From Acidobacteriota bacterium (lineage in GTDB: Bacteria > Acidobacteriota > Vicinamibacteria > Vicinamibacterales > UBA2999): 64,000 nt of DNA. Numbering within the stretch: position 1 is the first letter of the stretch; each line of letters starts with the position of its first letter. Location: positions 1,603 to 65,602 of the forward strand of contig CANKJK010000009.1 in NCBI GenBank assembly GCA_947482665.1. Reading direction: 5' to 3'. The translations under genes and the position numbers were made by a program. The notes under the pieces are model-generated. The model saw nothing but the letters and a program-made list of their open reading frames with translations. It searched no databases and was not told where the DNA came from. Shown piece after piece: positions 9,210 through 18,366 of this stretch.

Positions 9210-10010
9210 ATGCACATCACCCGTCCGGTGCTGGCACTGCTCCTCGTGACGACGGGCGGCCTGCTGGCCGCCCAGTCGCCAGCACCGCCCCAGCCGGCCG
9301 AGACACCCTCGGTGCCGGCCAGCACGTCCACCCTGCCGCCTGCGGCTCCAGCCGCCGTCTCCGCGTCCGGACTCGCCGGATGGATCGTGGTGCTCGACCC
9401 CGGCCACGGCGGCGATGATCGCGGGGTCCAGGCGGGCGAGCTGGTCGAGGCGCAACTGACGCTCGACATCGCGAAGCGCACCGCCGCCGCGCTCTCCGCA
9501 CACGGCGCCCGCGTCGTCCTGACGCGCGAGAGCGACATCACGATGGACGCCGACGCCCGCGCCGTGCGCGCCAACCAGACGCACGGGCACGCCTACCTGA
9601 GCCTCCACTTCAACCGGTCGCCTCGGACCGCCGCCACTGGCGCCGAGATCTACACGCACCAGCCTGCGTCCATGGACGACGCCGAGCCGCCAGACGCCCA
9701 GGCGCGCACGCTGGCGCTGGTGCGCTGGGACCGAGTACAGGACCGCCACGCGCCGGCTGCCGAACACCTCGCCGACCTCCTCGCAACAGCACTCGGTCAC
9801 CGGGTTCCGGTGAGCGCCACGCCGCACCGCCGGTTGCCTCTGCGGCCACTGGCCGGTGTGGACGCACCCTCGGTCCTGCTGGAACTCGCCTATCTCTCAC
9901 ATCCGGGCCAGGCCGCCCTGGCCGCCACGCCTGAATTCCAGACGGCGGTGAGCGAGGCGATCGTCGAAGCGCTCAGCGCCGCCCGTCGGCCGCCAGACGC
10001 CGCCAGATGA
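9210..10010 (+). CDS. N-acetylmuramoyl-L-alanine amidase (Amidase_3 family)
   Basis: Signal peptide, then VVLDPGHGGDDRGV, GARVVLTRESD and AYLSLHFN, which are the zinc-ligand blocks of AmiA/B/C-type amidases. Confidence 0.85.
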   Translation: MHITRPVLALLLVTTGGLLAAQSPAPPQPAETPSVPASTSTLPPAAPAAVSASGLAGWIVVLDPGHGGDDRGVQAGELVEAQLTLDIAKRTAAALSAHGARVVLTRESDITMDADARAVRANQTHGHAYLSLHFNRSPRTAATGAEIYTHQPASMDDAEPPDAQARTLALVRWDRVQDRHAPAAEHLADLLATALGHRVPVSATPHRRLPLRPLAGVDAPSVLLELAYLSHPGQAALAATPEFQTAVSEAIVEALSAARRPPDAAR

Positions 10011-10588
10011 AGCATCGAGGCATTCTGGTGGCCGTCGTCGGCGTCCTCATCGGCACGCTCCTCGCCGGGGCGGGTGTCCGCTGGTGGATGGCCCGTGCAC
10101 GCCGCCCGGCACCCGTGACCACCGCGCCGCATGTGGATGGCGGAGCGCCGATCCCGCACGTCGCGGTGACGCTCTTCGACCCCGCACCGGACAGCGACGA
10201 CCTGGCTCCGGTACAACAGGAGATCCCGAAGGTCACCGACCGTTCCGACCACGCGCGCCTCGTCGTCGAAGCCGCGCTGGAGCGGGCCGTGCTCCCCGCC
10301 GTCGGATTGTGGCCGGTCGGCTCGCTGCTCCGCACCTGCTTCCTGACACCGGGGGGCGATGTGATCATCGACCTCACCGGGCTCCCGCCACAGGGCCTCG
10401 GCGGCGGCACGACCGCGGAGCGGCTCGCGGTGCAGGCGCTGGTCAGCGCGGTCCGGACCAATATTCCTGGCGCCACGTCGGTACGGTTCCTGGTGGACGG
10501 GCAACCTGCCACCGCCCTGGGTGCCCACGTGGACCTGCGCGGCCCGCTGGCGGCGGATCGGGACACGCTACACCCAGGCGGACGCTGA
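10007..10588 (+). CDS. GerMN-domain protein
   Basis: ATGA overlap with the amidase stop. N-terminal TM helix. GDVIIDLTG...ERLAVQALVSAVRTNIPGATSVRFLVDGQP is GerM-like. Amidase/GerM pairing is common. Confidence 0.6.
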   Translation: MKHRGILVAVVGVLIGTLLAGAGVRWWMARARRPAPVTTAPHVDGGAPIPHVAVTLFDPAPDSDDLAPVQQEIPKVTDRSDHARLVVEAALERAVLPAVGLWPVGSLLRTCFLTPGGDVIIDLTGLPPQGLGGGTTAERLAVQALVSAVRTNIPGATSVRFLVDGQPATALGAHVDLRGPLAADRDTLHPGGR

Positions 10589-10654
10589 GCCTTGTCCGCG
10601 GCGCCAGAGGCGCGGAGCGAACGCGTCATCCCGATCGGCTACACTGACTGACTC

Positions 10655-11383
10655 ATGCGCGTTGATGGCCGTCTCCCCGAGCAGTTGCGTCCCACCCGGA
10701 TCGTTCCCAACTTCACGATGCACGCCGAAGGGTCGGTGCTGGTCGAGGCGGGCAAAACCAAGGTCATCTGCACCGCCAGCATCGAGGATCGGGTGCCCCC
10801 CTTCCGACGCAATTCCGGCAAGGGCTGGATCACGGCCGAGTACGGCATGCTGCCCCGGGCCACCACCACGCGCATGCAACGTGAAGCCTCAGCGGGCAAG
10901 GTCGGCGGCCGGACCCAGGAAATCCAGCGCCTGATCGGCCGCTCGCTGCGCGCGGTCACCAAGACCGAGGAACTCGGCGAGCGCACCATCACCCTGGACT
11001 GCGACGTCATCCAGGCAGACGGGGGCACGCGCACCGCGTCCATCACGGGCGCCTTTGTCGCCCTGGTCATGGCGCTCCAGAAGTTGCGCGAGCGCGACCA
11101 GCTGCGGACCATGCCCATTTCGGACTACGTCGCGGCCACCTCCGTCGGCATCGTCGACGGAACGCCGATGCTCGACCTCGCCTACACGGAGGATTCGGCG
11201 GCCGAAGTCGACATGAATCTGGTGAAGACCGGCGCGGGTCTGTACATCGAAGTGCAGGGCACGGCCGAGGCCCTGCCCTTCGGACGCGAGTCGCTCAACC
11301 AACTGCTCGACCTGGCCGATGGCGGCATCCGGCAACTCATCGCCATTCAGAAGAGCCTGGTCGGCCCCCTCCTGCAGAAGTGA
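10655..11383 (+). CDS. rph: ribonuclease PH
   Basis: [13 protein letters not shown]...[20 protein letters not shown]...[14 protein letters not shown]...[18 protein letters not shown] is full-length RNase PH. Confidence 0.95.
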   Translation: MRVDGRLPEQLRPTRIVPNFTMHAEGSVLVEAGKTKVICTASIEDRVPPFRRNSGKGWITAEYGMLPRATTTRMQREASAGKVGGRTQEIQRLIGRSLRAVTKTEELGERTITLDCDVIQADGGTRTASITGAFVALVMALQKLRERDQLRTMPISDYVAATSVGIVDGTPMLDLAYTEDSAAEVDMNLVKTGAGLYIEVQGTAEALPFGRESLNQLLDLADGGIRQLIAIQKSLVGPLLQK

Positions 11384-11388
11384 CACGG

Positions 11389-11991
11389 ATGGTCCGGCTG
11401 CTGGTCGGCACCACCAACCAGGGCAAGATTCGCGAGATTCAGCGTCTCCTGCACGCAACGCCCTGCGAGCTCATGGGCCTCGACGCCTATCCGCAACTGC
11501 CCGAACCCGAAGAGACGGGCACCACGTTTGAAGCCAACGCCCGCATCAAAGCGCTCGCCTATGCCGCAGGCTCGGGCCAGCTCACCGTGGCGGAAGACTC
11601 CGGGCTCGTGGTTGATGCACTGGACGGCGCACCTGGCGTGCAGTCGGCTCGCTACCTCGGTCCGGACGCCACGTATCCCCAGCGCTTCGAGGCGATCCTC
11701 GCCGGCCTCGCGGCCCATCCGGAACGCCCACGGACGGCCCGGTTCGTGTGCGCACTGGCCGTCGCCGAGGGTACCCGCATCGTGTTTGAGACACGGGGAG
11801 CGCTCGAGGGGGAAATCGCTGACGCGCCACGCGGCTCGCACGGCTTCGGCTACGACCCGATCTTCCTGGTACCGGAGCTCGGCTGCACCACGGCCGAACT
11901 GGCCGAGGACGAGAAGCTGGCCATCGCCCATCGTGGACAGGCCTTCCGGATGTTGGCCTATTGGCTGGGCGCCCGGGGCAAAGAGCGCTAG
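11389..11991 (+). CDS. rdgB: dITP/XTP pyrophosphatase (RdgB/HAM1 family)
   Basis: MVRLLVGTTNQGKIREI...EETGTTFEANA...SGLVVDALDGAPGV...GFGYDPIF. An in-frame GTG at 11380 (GTGA overlap with the rph stop) is an alternative start. Confidence 0.9.
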   Translation: MVRLLVGTTNQGKIREIQRLLHATPCELMGLDAYPQLPEPEETGTTFEANARIKALAYAAGSGQLTVAEDSGLVVDALDGAPGVQSARYLGPDATYPQRFEAILAGLAAHPERPRTARFVCALAVAEGTRIVFETRGALEGEIADAPRGSHGFGYDPIFLVPELGCTTAELAEDEKLAIAHRGQAFRMLAYWLGARGKER

Positions 11992-12945
11992 CTACGTCCG
12001 GCGCAGCAGCACGCGGCGGACGGCGTGATCCCGGCCCTTCTGGAGCACGAGCTGCGCCCGTTCCCGCGTGGGCAGCACGTTCTGCTGCAGGTTCACCAGG
12101 TTGATCCGGCGCCAGATATCGCGGGCCTTTTCCGCCGCGCCCTCGGGAGATAGCGCTGCGTAGCGGTGGAAATACGACGCCGGATTGGTGAACACCGACT
12201 CGCGCAGGGCGAGAAAGCGCTCGACATACCACTGCTCGATATCTGCCTCGTCGGCATCGACATAGAGCGAGAAGTCGAAGAAGTCCGACACGAAGAGGCC
12301 CTTCCCCGCTTCCACGCGATTCGTCTGGAGCACGTTCAGGCCTTCGATGATCACCACGTCGGGCCGGCGCACCACCTGATATTCGCCGGGGACGATGTCG
12401 TAGCGCAGATGCGAATAGACCGGTGCCCGGGCCTCGGTCTCGCCGGCCTTCACATCGGCGAGAAAGCGCAGCAGCGCACGCACGTCGTAACTCTCCGGAA
12501 AGCCCTTCCGATCCTGCAGCCCCGCTGCCACGAGGGCCTCGTGCGGCAGGAGGAAGCCGTCAGTCGTCACCAGGTCGACAGTCGGATGGCTCGGCCAGCT
12601 GGCCATCAGCGCCCGGAGCACGCGGGCGGCCGTGCTCTTCCCGACGGCGACGCTCCCGGCAATGCCAATGACAAAGGGTGACGCGGGCGACGACGACCCG
12701 AGAAACATGTCGGTAGCCTGCTGACGCTGCCGCACGGCCCCGACGTAGAGATTCAGCAGCCGGGACAGCGGCAGGTAGACATCGGCCACCTCGTCGAGCG
12801 ACATCTTCTCGCTGAGGCCGACCAGCGGGCGGAGCTGTGGCTCCGAGAGCGGCAGCGGTGTGGTCAGGCGCAGCCCCGCCCATTCAGCCCTCGAGAGCAC
12901 GCGGGAGCGCGATTCCAGTGAGAAGTCCACGGGCGGAGCGACCAT
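11992..12945 (-). CDS. coaA: type I pantothenate kinase
   Basis: P-loop block [36 protein letters not shown], and C-terminal NL.QNV.PTRERA are CoaA hallmarks. Confidence 0.9.
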   Translation of the reverse strand: MVAPPVDFSLESRSRVLSRAEWAGLRLTTPLPLSEPQLRPLVGLSEKMSLDEVADVYLPLSRLLNLYVGAVRQRQQATDMFLGSSSPASPFVIGIAGSVAVGKSTAARVLRALMASWPSHPTVDLVTTDGFLLPHEALVAAGLQDRKGFPESYDVRALLRFLADVKAGETEARAPVYSHLRYDIVPGEYQVVRRPDVVIIEGLNVLQTNRVEAGKGLFVSDFFDFSLYVDADEADIEQWYVERFLALRESVFTNPASYFHRYAALSPEGAAEKARDIWRRINLVNLQQNVLPTRERAQLVLQKGRDHAVRRVLLRRT

Positions 12946-12989
12946 CGGCCCGCATTGTATGCCTCTCGCGGCCCGCCGCCGGTGTTACA

Positions 12990-13247
12990 ATGGAGGCCAT
13001 GGCAAGCCGGTCCCGGCCGACACAGGCAAAGCGCGCACGCGAAAAGGCCCTGATAGAAAAGCGTCAGATGAAGTACGCCCGGCGTGCGGAATCCAAGGAC
13101 ACCAAGTCCACCCGTACATCGGCGGACGGCGAAGATCCGGACCTCGCCGGCATCGTGCCAGGTCCCCAGCCTCATCCGTTCCTGACAGACGACGAGCTCA
13201 ACGACGAGCCCGTCGAGGACGACGCGACCGAGGCCACCGAGGAATAA
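12990..13247 (+). CDS. small hypothetical protein with a basic N-terminus and an acidic C-terminus
   Basis: This is the only sizeable ORF in the 375-bp gap between coaA and moxR. MEAMASRSRPTQAKRAREKALIEKRQMKYARR...DDELNDEPVEDDATEATEE. Followed by a hairpin. The start could be ATG 12999 (see the leaderless-signature finding). No family recognised. Confidence 0.4.
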   Translation: MEAMASRSRPTQAKRAREKALIEKRQMKYARRAESKDTKSTRTSADGEDPDLAGIVPGPQPHPFLTDDELNDEPVEDDATEATEE

Positions 13248-13254
13248 CCTCGCG

Positions 13255-13273
13255 CCGCGCGGTCACCGCGCGG
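13255..13273 (+). terminator. short GC hairpin after the small ORF
   Basis: CCGCGCGG-TCA-CCGCGCGG (8-bp stem) begins 8 nt after the TAA at 13245-13247. Only a weak T content follows (ATTAGG). Confidence 0.35.
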
Positions 13274-13320
13274 ATTAGGACTGTTGCGCTCGAGAGGGCC
13301 TGCTATACCATTGGCGGGCC

Positions 13321-14361
13321 GTGCACGCCGAACTCCAGCAAGCCATCGATTTTCACAAGGCGATCGTCGCTGAAGGCGCGAAAGCGCTCGTCGGCTACGA
13401 GACCGCCAAGACCCTCGCCAACGTCGTCCTGCTTTCCGAAATCCCCACGACGTACGACAAAGACGAACAACGTCAGGTCAACGCGGGCAATCTCCTGCTC
13501 CGCGGCGTCCCTGGCGTCGGCAAGACCTTCTTCGGCGTCATCCTCGCCGCCGTCAGCAACGCCAAGTTCGCGCGCATCCAGGGCCGGGCCGACCTGCAGC
13601 CGACCGAAGTCGTCGGCTTCCAGATGATCAATCCGGCCACGGGCGCGCTCGTCACCGAGTTCGGCCCGCTCGCCTCCGCCGAAGTCATCCTGCTCGACGA
13701 AATCAACCGCATGCCGCTCAAGTCCCAGAGCGCCTTTCTCGAAGGGCTCCAGGACCGCAGCGTCACCGTCGGCAAGACGACCTATCCGCTGCCCGCGTTC
13801 AGCTTCGCCATCGCGACGATGAACCCGGTGGAACTCGGCCAGGGCACCTTCCCGCTCTCGGAAGCCGCCACGGACCGCTTCGCGATCATGGTGAACATCG
13901 GCTACCTCCCGCCAGAGGAGGAGGCGCGCCTCGTCAACTTCGACTTCAAGAAGGTGCACCTGAATACGCTGCTCTCGAAGGAGCGCATCATCGAACTGCG
14001 CTCCGTCATCAGCAAGGAAGTGTTCCTGCACGAGAGACTCGGCGTCTACATCCAGCGGCTGGTCGCGGCCACGCGGCCCTACAATCCGGAGAGCGACTGG
14101 CACCACCGATCGCCGTCCGAGATGGTCGAGCGCGGAGTGGACCTCGGCGCCTCGCCACGCGCCATCATCTGCTGGGGCCGCCTCGCCAAGGTCTGGACGC
14201 TCCTGCAGCACGGGCGCGACGAGGTCTATCCAGAGGACATCCAGGATCTCGCGCAGTACATCCTGAGTCACCGGATCTGGCTGGGGCCGCACGCCGCAAG
14301 CCACGGCATGACCACCGAATCGGTCATCCGTGACGTGGTCGAGCGCGTCGCGGTGCCATGA
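13321..14361 (+). CDS. MoxR-family AAA+ ATPase
   Basis: Walker A LLRGVPGVGKT, Walker B ILLDEINR, and the MoxR blocks ATMNP...G.FPLSEAATDRF. Confidence 0.9.
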   Translation: MHAELQQAIDFHKAIVAEGAKALVGYETAKTLANVVLLSEIPTTYDKDEQRQVNAGNLLLRGVPGVGKTFFGVILAAVSNAKFARIQGRADLQPTEVVGFQMINPATGALVTEFGPLASAEVILLDEINRMPLKSQSAFLEGLQDRSVTVGKTTYPLPAFSFAIATMNPVELGQGTFPLSEAATDRFAIMVNIGYLPPEEEARLVNFDFKKVHLNTLLSKERIIELRSVISKEVFLHERLGVYIQRLVAATRPYNPESDWHHRSPSEMVERGVDLGASPRAIICWGRLAKVWTLLQHGRDEVYPEDIQDLAQYILSHRIWLGPHAASHGMTTESVIRDVVERVAVP

Positions 14362-15329
14362 ACCACGGCAGCCCGGGGCTGTTCGGCGCGGCCGCCTCGC
14401 AGCGTGGGGCCGACCCGCACCACCACGAAGCGTCGCTCGTCAGCCTCTCGGACATCAACGAAATCGAGCTGCTGATTCTGCGGCGCATGCGCGAAGTCGC
14501 CATGGGCGACCACCGCGCGCTCGCGCACGGCTCCGGCTTCGACTTCGTCGGGCTGCGCGACTGGCAGGCCGGCGACCGCCCCTCGCAAATCGATTGGGCG
14601 CAGTCGTCGCTCACGAACTTTTCGCCGATGGTGGTGCGCGAGTTCGAGCAGCCGAGCACCGCGAGCGTCGTGGTCGTCGCCGACCGGTCGCCGTCCACGC
14701 TGTGCGGCGTTAACGGCGTGCCCATCGCGGCAGCCATCGCGCGCGCCATCGCGACGATCGGACTCTCGGCCGTCTTCTTCCAGGACCAGTTCGGCCTGCT
14801 GACCTTTGACGCCGACGTGGACCACCTGCAGGCTGTCCGCCCCAGGGTCGGCCGGACGCATGTGATCCATTGCCTCGACGCGTACCAGCACCAGCGGAAC
14901 CTCCAGGATCTGCGCGGCACCGGCAGCCTCAGCAGCACGGTCTCCTCGTTCATGCGGCGCACGGCGCTCATCCCGTTCGTCTCGGACTTTCTATTCGCAG
15001 ACCCGGAGCCGGTGATTGCGGAGCTGTCGAGGCTCACCGCCGTGCACGACACCTTCATCGTGCTGATTGACGCCTCGTTCGCCTTTGAACTGCCGGCAGT
15101 CTCGGCGGGCTGGATCGACATCTTCGATGTGGAGACGGGCCGATCGTCGGTCGTCTCGCGTGACTCGCTGGCGGCGATGGCCGCGCGCGTCCGGGAATGG
15201 CAGGCGGGCATCGAGCGCATGGCGCGCGATGCGGACCTCGACGTGGTACGGGTCGGTATCGATGCCGCGGCATCGGACCTGGCCCTGGCTGAATTTGTGA
15301 CGGAGCGCCGGCTCCGCAAGGTGGCGTAA
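14358..15329 (+). CDS. DUF58-domain protein
   Basis: ATGA overlap with moxR. GSGFDFVGLRDWQAGDRPSQIDWAQS is the DUF58 signature. Usual partner of MoxR. Confidence 0.85.
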   Translation: MNHGSPGLFGAAASQRGADPHHHEASLVSLSDINEIELLILRRMREVAMGDHRALAHGSGFDFVGLRDWQAGDRPSQIDWAQSSLTNFSPMVVREFEQPSTASVVVVADRSPSTLCGVNGVPIAAAIARAIATIGLSAVFFQDQFGLLTFDADVDHLQAVRPRVGRTHVIHCLDAYQHQRNLQDLRGTGSLSSTVSSFMRRTALIPFVSDFLFADPEPVIAELSRLTAVHDTFIVLIDASFAFELPAVSAGWIDIFDVETGRSSVVSRDSLAAMAARVREWQAGIERMARDADLDVVRVGIDAAASDLALAEFVTERRLRKVA

Positions 15330-16547
15330 ATGTTCAGACGCGTGTCCGTAGTTGTTGTGGCAGCCGTGTTCGTGGCCGCCGTCACCGTGGCCGGCTCTGC
15401 CCAGGCACAGGCCCAGGGCGCTGCCGCGGCCGAGAAGATGTCTGTCTCCCCTATCGACTGCTGGTGGCGGACCGGCGCCAGTTCGGTGCGGGTGGGTGAA
15501 CCCTTCACCGTCGTCCTCACCTGCGCGGTGCTGGAGACGGCCTCCACGACCGTGGTCCCCGACCAGTCGCGGATCGACCCCGCGGTGCTGCAGTTGCAGC
15601 CCTTTGAGGTCACCGGTGGTCGCCAGGCGCCGGATCTGAGGACCGCCTCGCGCCGCTTCTTCCAATACGAGTACGACGTCCGCTACATCGGTGAGGAGTT
15701 CGGCAAGGACGTGGCGCTGCCCTCGGTCGCCATCTCCTACAAGGTCCAGAGCCGGGCAGACGCGAACGCCGCCGCCATCGAAACCCGGGACAAGACCTAC
15801 ATCATGCCGTCGCAGCAGGTGCGGGTCGTGACGCTCGTGCCGGCGCTGGCCACCGACATCCGTGAGCGTGCGCCCGACTCGTTTGTCGCCATCGACGCCC
15901 GCCGCTTCCGCGCCAATCTGCTGGATGTCTTCGCGACGGTCCTCTTCGCCCTGGCGGCCGTCTTCGCCGTCTGGGCCGTGGTCCGCGCGCTGCAGCGCCG
16001 CCGTGGCACCTCGACCGTCGTGGATCAGCACGTGTCCAACTCGGCCATCCTTGCGGCGATCGCCAGCGAGATCTCCGCCGTGGCCCGGGCGAAACAGGGC
16101 GGTTGGACGCCCGCCCTGGCCGGACAGCTCCTGCAGGCACTCCGGGTCGCGGGCGCCTACGAAACGAGCGGGCGCGCCGCGCAGGCCCCCTGGACCGGCG
16201 CGGCCCGAACCGATGGCCAGTTCCTCGTGCGCAGCCCCTTCCGGCCCGGCCGGGCTGCTGTGGTCACCGGGGCGGCCACCTCGGGCCACCTCGCCCGTGA
16301 GATGGCCCGGCGCGATGCGCAGGGCGGCGCCTCCGGGGCCATCGTGGACCTGCACGCCGCCATGCAGACACTCGAGACGGCGCTCTACGGGCGCGAGACC
16401 CCGGCCAGGCTCGACCTCGATGACGCGCTCGACGCCGCGAAACGCGCCCTCGGCCGCCTCCGCCGTTCACATGGCTGGCTGGCGCTCCGCTTCGCCGCGC
16501 TGCAGGCTGCCGTGGCCGGACTGAGGACGCGGGTGTGGGCCCGGTAA
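15330..16547 (+). CDS. exported, C-terminally anchored protein of the MoxR operon (possibly BatD-like)
   Basis: ATG immediately follows the TAA of the DUF58 gene. Signal peptide MFRRVSVVVVAAVFVAAVTVAGSAQA and a late TM helix LLDVFATVLFALAAVFAVWAVV. The BatD assignment rests on operon position only. Confidence 0.55.
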   Translation: MFRRVSVVVVAAVFVAAVTVAGSAQAQAQGAAAAEKMSVSPIDCWWRTGASSVRVGEPFTVVLTCAVLETASTTVVPDQSRIDPAVLQLQPFEVTGGRQAPDLRTASRRFFQYEYDVRYIGEEFGKDVALPSVAISYKVQSRADANAAAIETRDKTYIMPSQQVRVVTLVPALATDIRERAPDSFVAIDARRFRANLLDVFATVLFALAAVFAVWAVVRALQRRRGTSTVVDQHVSNSAILAAIASEISAVARAKQGGWTPALAGQLLQALRVAGAYETSGRAAQAPWTGAARTDGQFLVRSPFRPGRAAVVTGAATSGHLAREMARRDAQGGASGAIVDLHAAMQTLETALYGRETPARLDLDDALDAAKRALGRLRRSHGWLALRFAALQAAVAGLRTRVWAR

Positions 16548-17653
16548 CAGCCTTCCTGCAGTTCGCGGGCAGTCAGTTCGCCGACTGGCGCGGCACCCAC
16601 GTGTCGGAGCTTCATTTCTGGAGCCGCGGCACGGCGTGGCTGTCGCTGGTGGGCTTTGTCTCGGCTGTCGCCCTTGTCCTGCTGGTGCGCATCGCCCTTG
16701 GGCGCCGCAACACCCGCAGCCGGGTCGCGCTGCCCGCCGTACTGAGCGGCTTCGGGCAGTCGCCGATGGCGTTCATCCGCCACGCCCCGCTCGTGCTCGT
16801 GCTGGCCGGAGTACCGCTGTTCCTGCTCGCCCTGGCGGATCCGTACACCGCCCTGACGCAGAAGCGCATGTCGTTTCCGGGCCGTCGCATCTGCCTGATG
16901 ATCGATGCCTCGACGAGCATGGTGCGCTGGTTCGAGGCGCCGACCCTCCGCAAGGCCTCGGCCTCGAAGCCGGGCGGTTCGGAAGCGGCCTTCTTCACGA
17001 CGGTCGCTGCAGCCGAACGCTTCATCCGGATCCGGATGGAGGGCAAGTACCGTGACCTGATCTCGCTGGTGGAGTTCGGCGATCAGGCCTACGTCGTCAC
17101 GCCGTTCACCAGCGACTACGACAACATCCTGCTCAGCCTGTCCCTCATCGGCGACTTCGGCGAGTTCCTCCGCTTTCCGGACCAGGGCACCATCATCACG
17201 CGGGCCGTCGAACAGGGCACGCGGCTCTTCAAGGCCTTCAACTTCCTCGACGCCTCCGGCAACATCCTGCTGCTCTTCAGCGATGGCGAGGACGCCGGCG
17301 TCATCACGCAGGGTAAGACCACCGCCGATGTCGTCAACGAGGCCATCGCCGCGAAGATCCCCGTCTACATGGTCCGCGTGAATCACGACAAGGGCCTCGG
17401 CCAGATCATTCCGGATGCCGTCTGGAAGGCCGCCGTCGAGAAGACCGGCGGGCGCTTCTATGCCGCCGCGAATGAATCCACGATTCTGCAGGCCATCCGC
17501 GACGTCGACCGGGCCTCCACCGGCCGCATCGACGTGAAGCAGTACGTCACACAGAAGCCGCGCTTCGCCCCCTTTGCTCTGGCTGCGGCCGCCTGCTGGA
17601 TGCTGGCGCTCCTGCTCAAGCTCACCGTCCCCTATTTCCGGACGTTCCCCTGA
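16535..17653 (+). CDS. VWA-domain membrane protein (BatA-like)
   Basis: Two N-terminal TM helices, then the MIDAS block ICLMIDASTSM, with LLLFSDGEDAG further on. GTG start overlaps the upstream gene by 13 nt. Confidence 0.85.
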   Translation: MGPVTAFLQFAGSQFADWRGTHVSELHFWSRGTAWLSLVGFVSAVALVLLVRIALGRRNTRSRVALPAVLSGFGQSPMAFIRHAPLVLVLAGVPLFLLALADPYTALTQKRMSFPGRRICLMIDASTSMVRWFEAPTLRKASASKPGGSEAAFFTTVAAAERFIRIRMEGKYRDLISLVEFGDQAYVVTPFTSDYDNILLSLSLIGDFGEFLRFPDQGTIITRAVEQGTRLFKAFNFLDASGNILLLFSDGEDAGVITQGKTTADVVNEAIAAKIPVYMVRVNHDKGLGQIIPDAVWKAAVEKTGGRFYAAANESTILQAIRDVDRASTGRIDVKQYVTQKPRFAPFALAAAACWMLALLLKLTVPYFRTFP

Positions 17654-17663
17654 GGTACCGCCC

Positions 17664-18365
17664 ATGAAGACACTCATCGGTCAACTGGTCATCGCGCTGC
17701 TGCTGGTCGCCGCTGGCGTCGCCGTGCGGCGCGCGGCGTTGGTGGAGACACGCCTGGCGGGCGCCGAAAGCGCCCTCGCCACGCTCGACTCCGAGGGGGC
17801 CGATCAGCAGTACGCCGAAGTCGAGCATGCCATCGGCCTCGCGGGTCGGCTGCCCTTCATCGGGGAGCAGCTCGTCGCCGACGTGCGGCAGGAGCGCGCC
17901 ATGGTCTCCTACTGGCGCGGGGACTACGCGGGCGTACCGACGGCTGAGGCCGATCTCGCGTCCGTCTCGGTCAGCCCGGACTTCGTTTTCATCGCGGGCA
18001 ACGCCGCGTATCGGAGCGTGAAGGGCAAGCACTTCGGCCAGCAGGGCGCGCAGGATCTGGATGGCGTGCTGCGCATCTACACGATGCTGCTCAAGAAGAG
18101 CCCTGGGCACATTGACGCCGCCTACAACTACGAATACATCGTCCGGCTCCGCAATGTGCTCTCCCGCATGAAGCCGGGTGAGGCCCCCAAGGGCGGCGAT
18201 CCCAACAGCAACGATCAGGCACCGCCCTCGGTGCATGGCGAGAAGGGCACGCCACCCACCAACACGCCGGCCGACCAGTTCAACGTGATCATTCCGCTGA
18301 AGCCGGATGAACGCGGCGAGTTGATGAAGGCCGGCACGAGCGGGCCCCGCCAGCGCAAGGGATAA
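17664..18365 (+). CDS. membrane-anchored hypothetical protein of the MoxR/VWA operon
   Basis: ATG 17664 lies 10 nt after the upstream stop. N-terminal anchor MKTLIGQLVIALLLVAAGVAV and a Pro/Gly/Lys-rich tail. No family recognised. Confidence 0.55.
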   Translation: MKTLIGQLVIALLLVAAGVAVRRAALVETRLAGAESALATLDSEGADQQYAEVEHAIGLAGRLPFIGEQLVADVRQERAMVSYWRGDYAGVPTAEADLASVSVSPDFVFIAGNAAYRSVKGKHFGQQGAQDLDGVLRIYTMLLKKSPGHIDAAYNYEYIVRLRNVLSRMKPGEAPKGGDPNSNDQAPPSVHGEKGTPPTNTPADQFNVIIPLKPDERGELMKAGTSGPRQRKG

Positions 18366-18366
18366 G

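Noticed and set aside
7637-9574. 645-aa ORF on the minus strand spanning the symporter 3' end, the VOC gene and the amidase 5' end
   Set aside because: It is antisense to three genes with recognisable family motifs. Its translation is Arg/Ala/Gly/Pro/Ser-rich low complexity with no motif. This is the typical shadow ORF of GC-rich DNA, where stop codons are rare in all frames.
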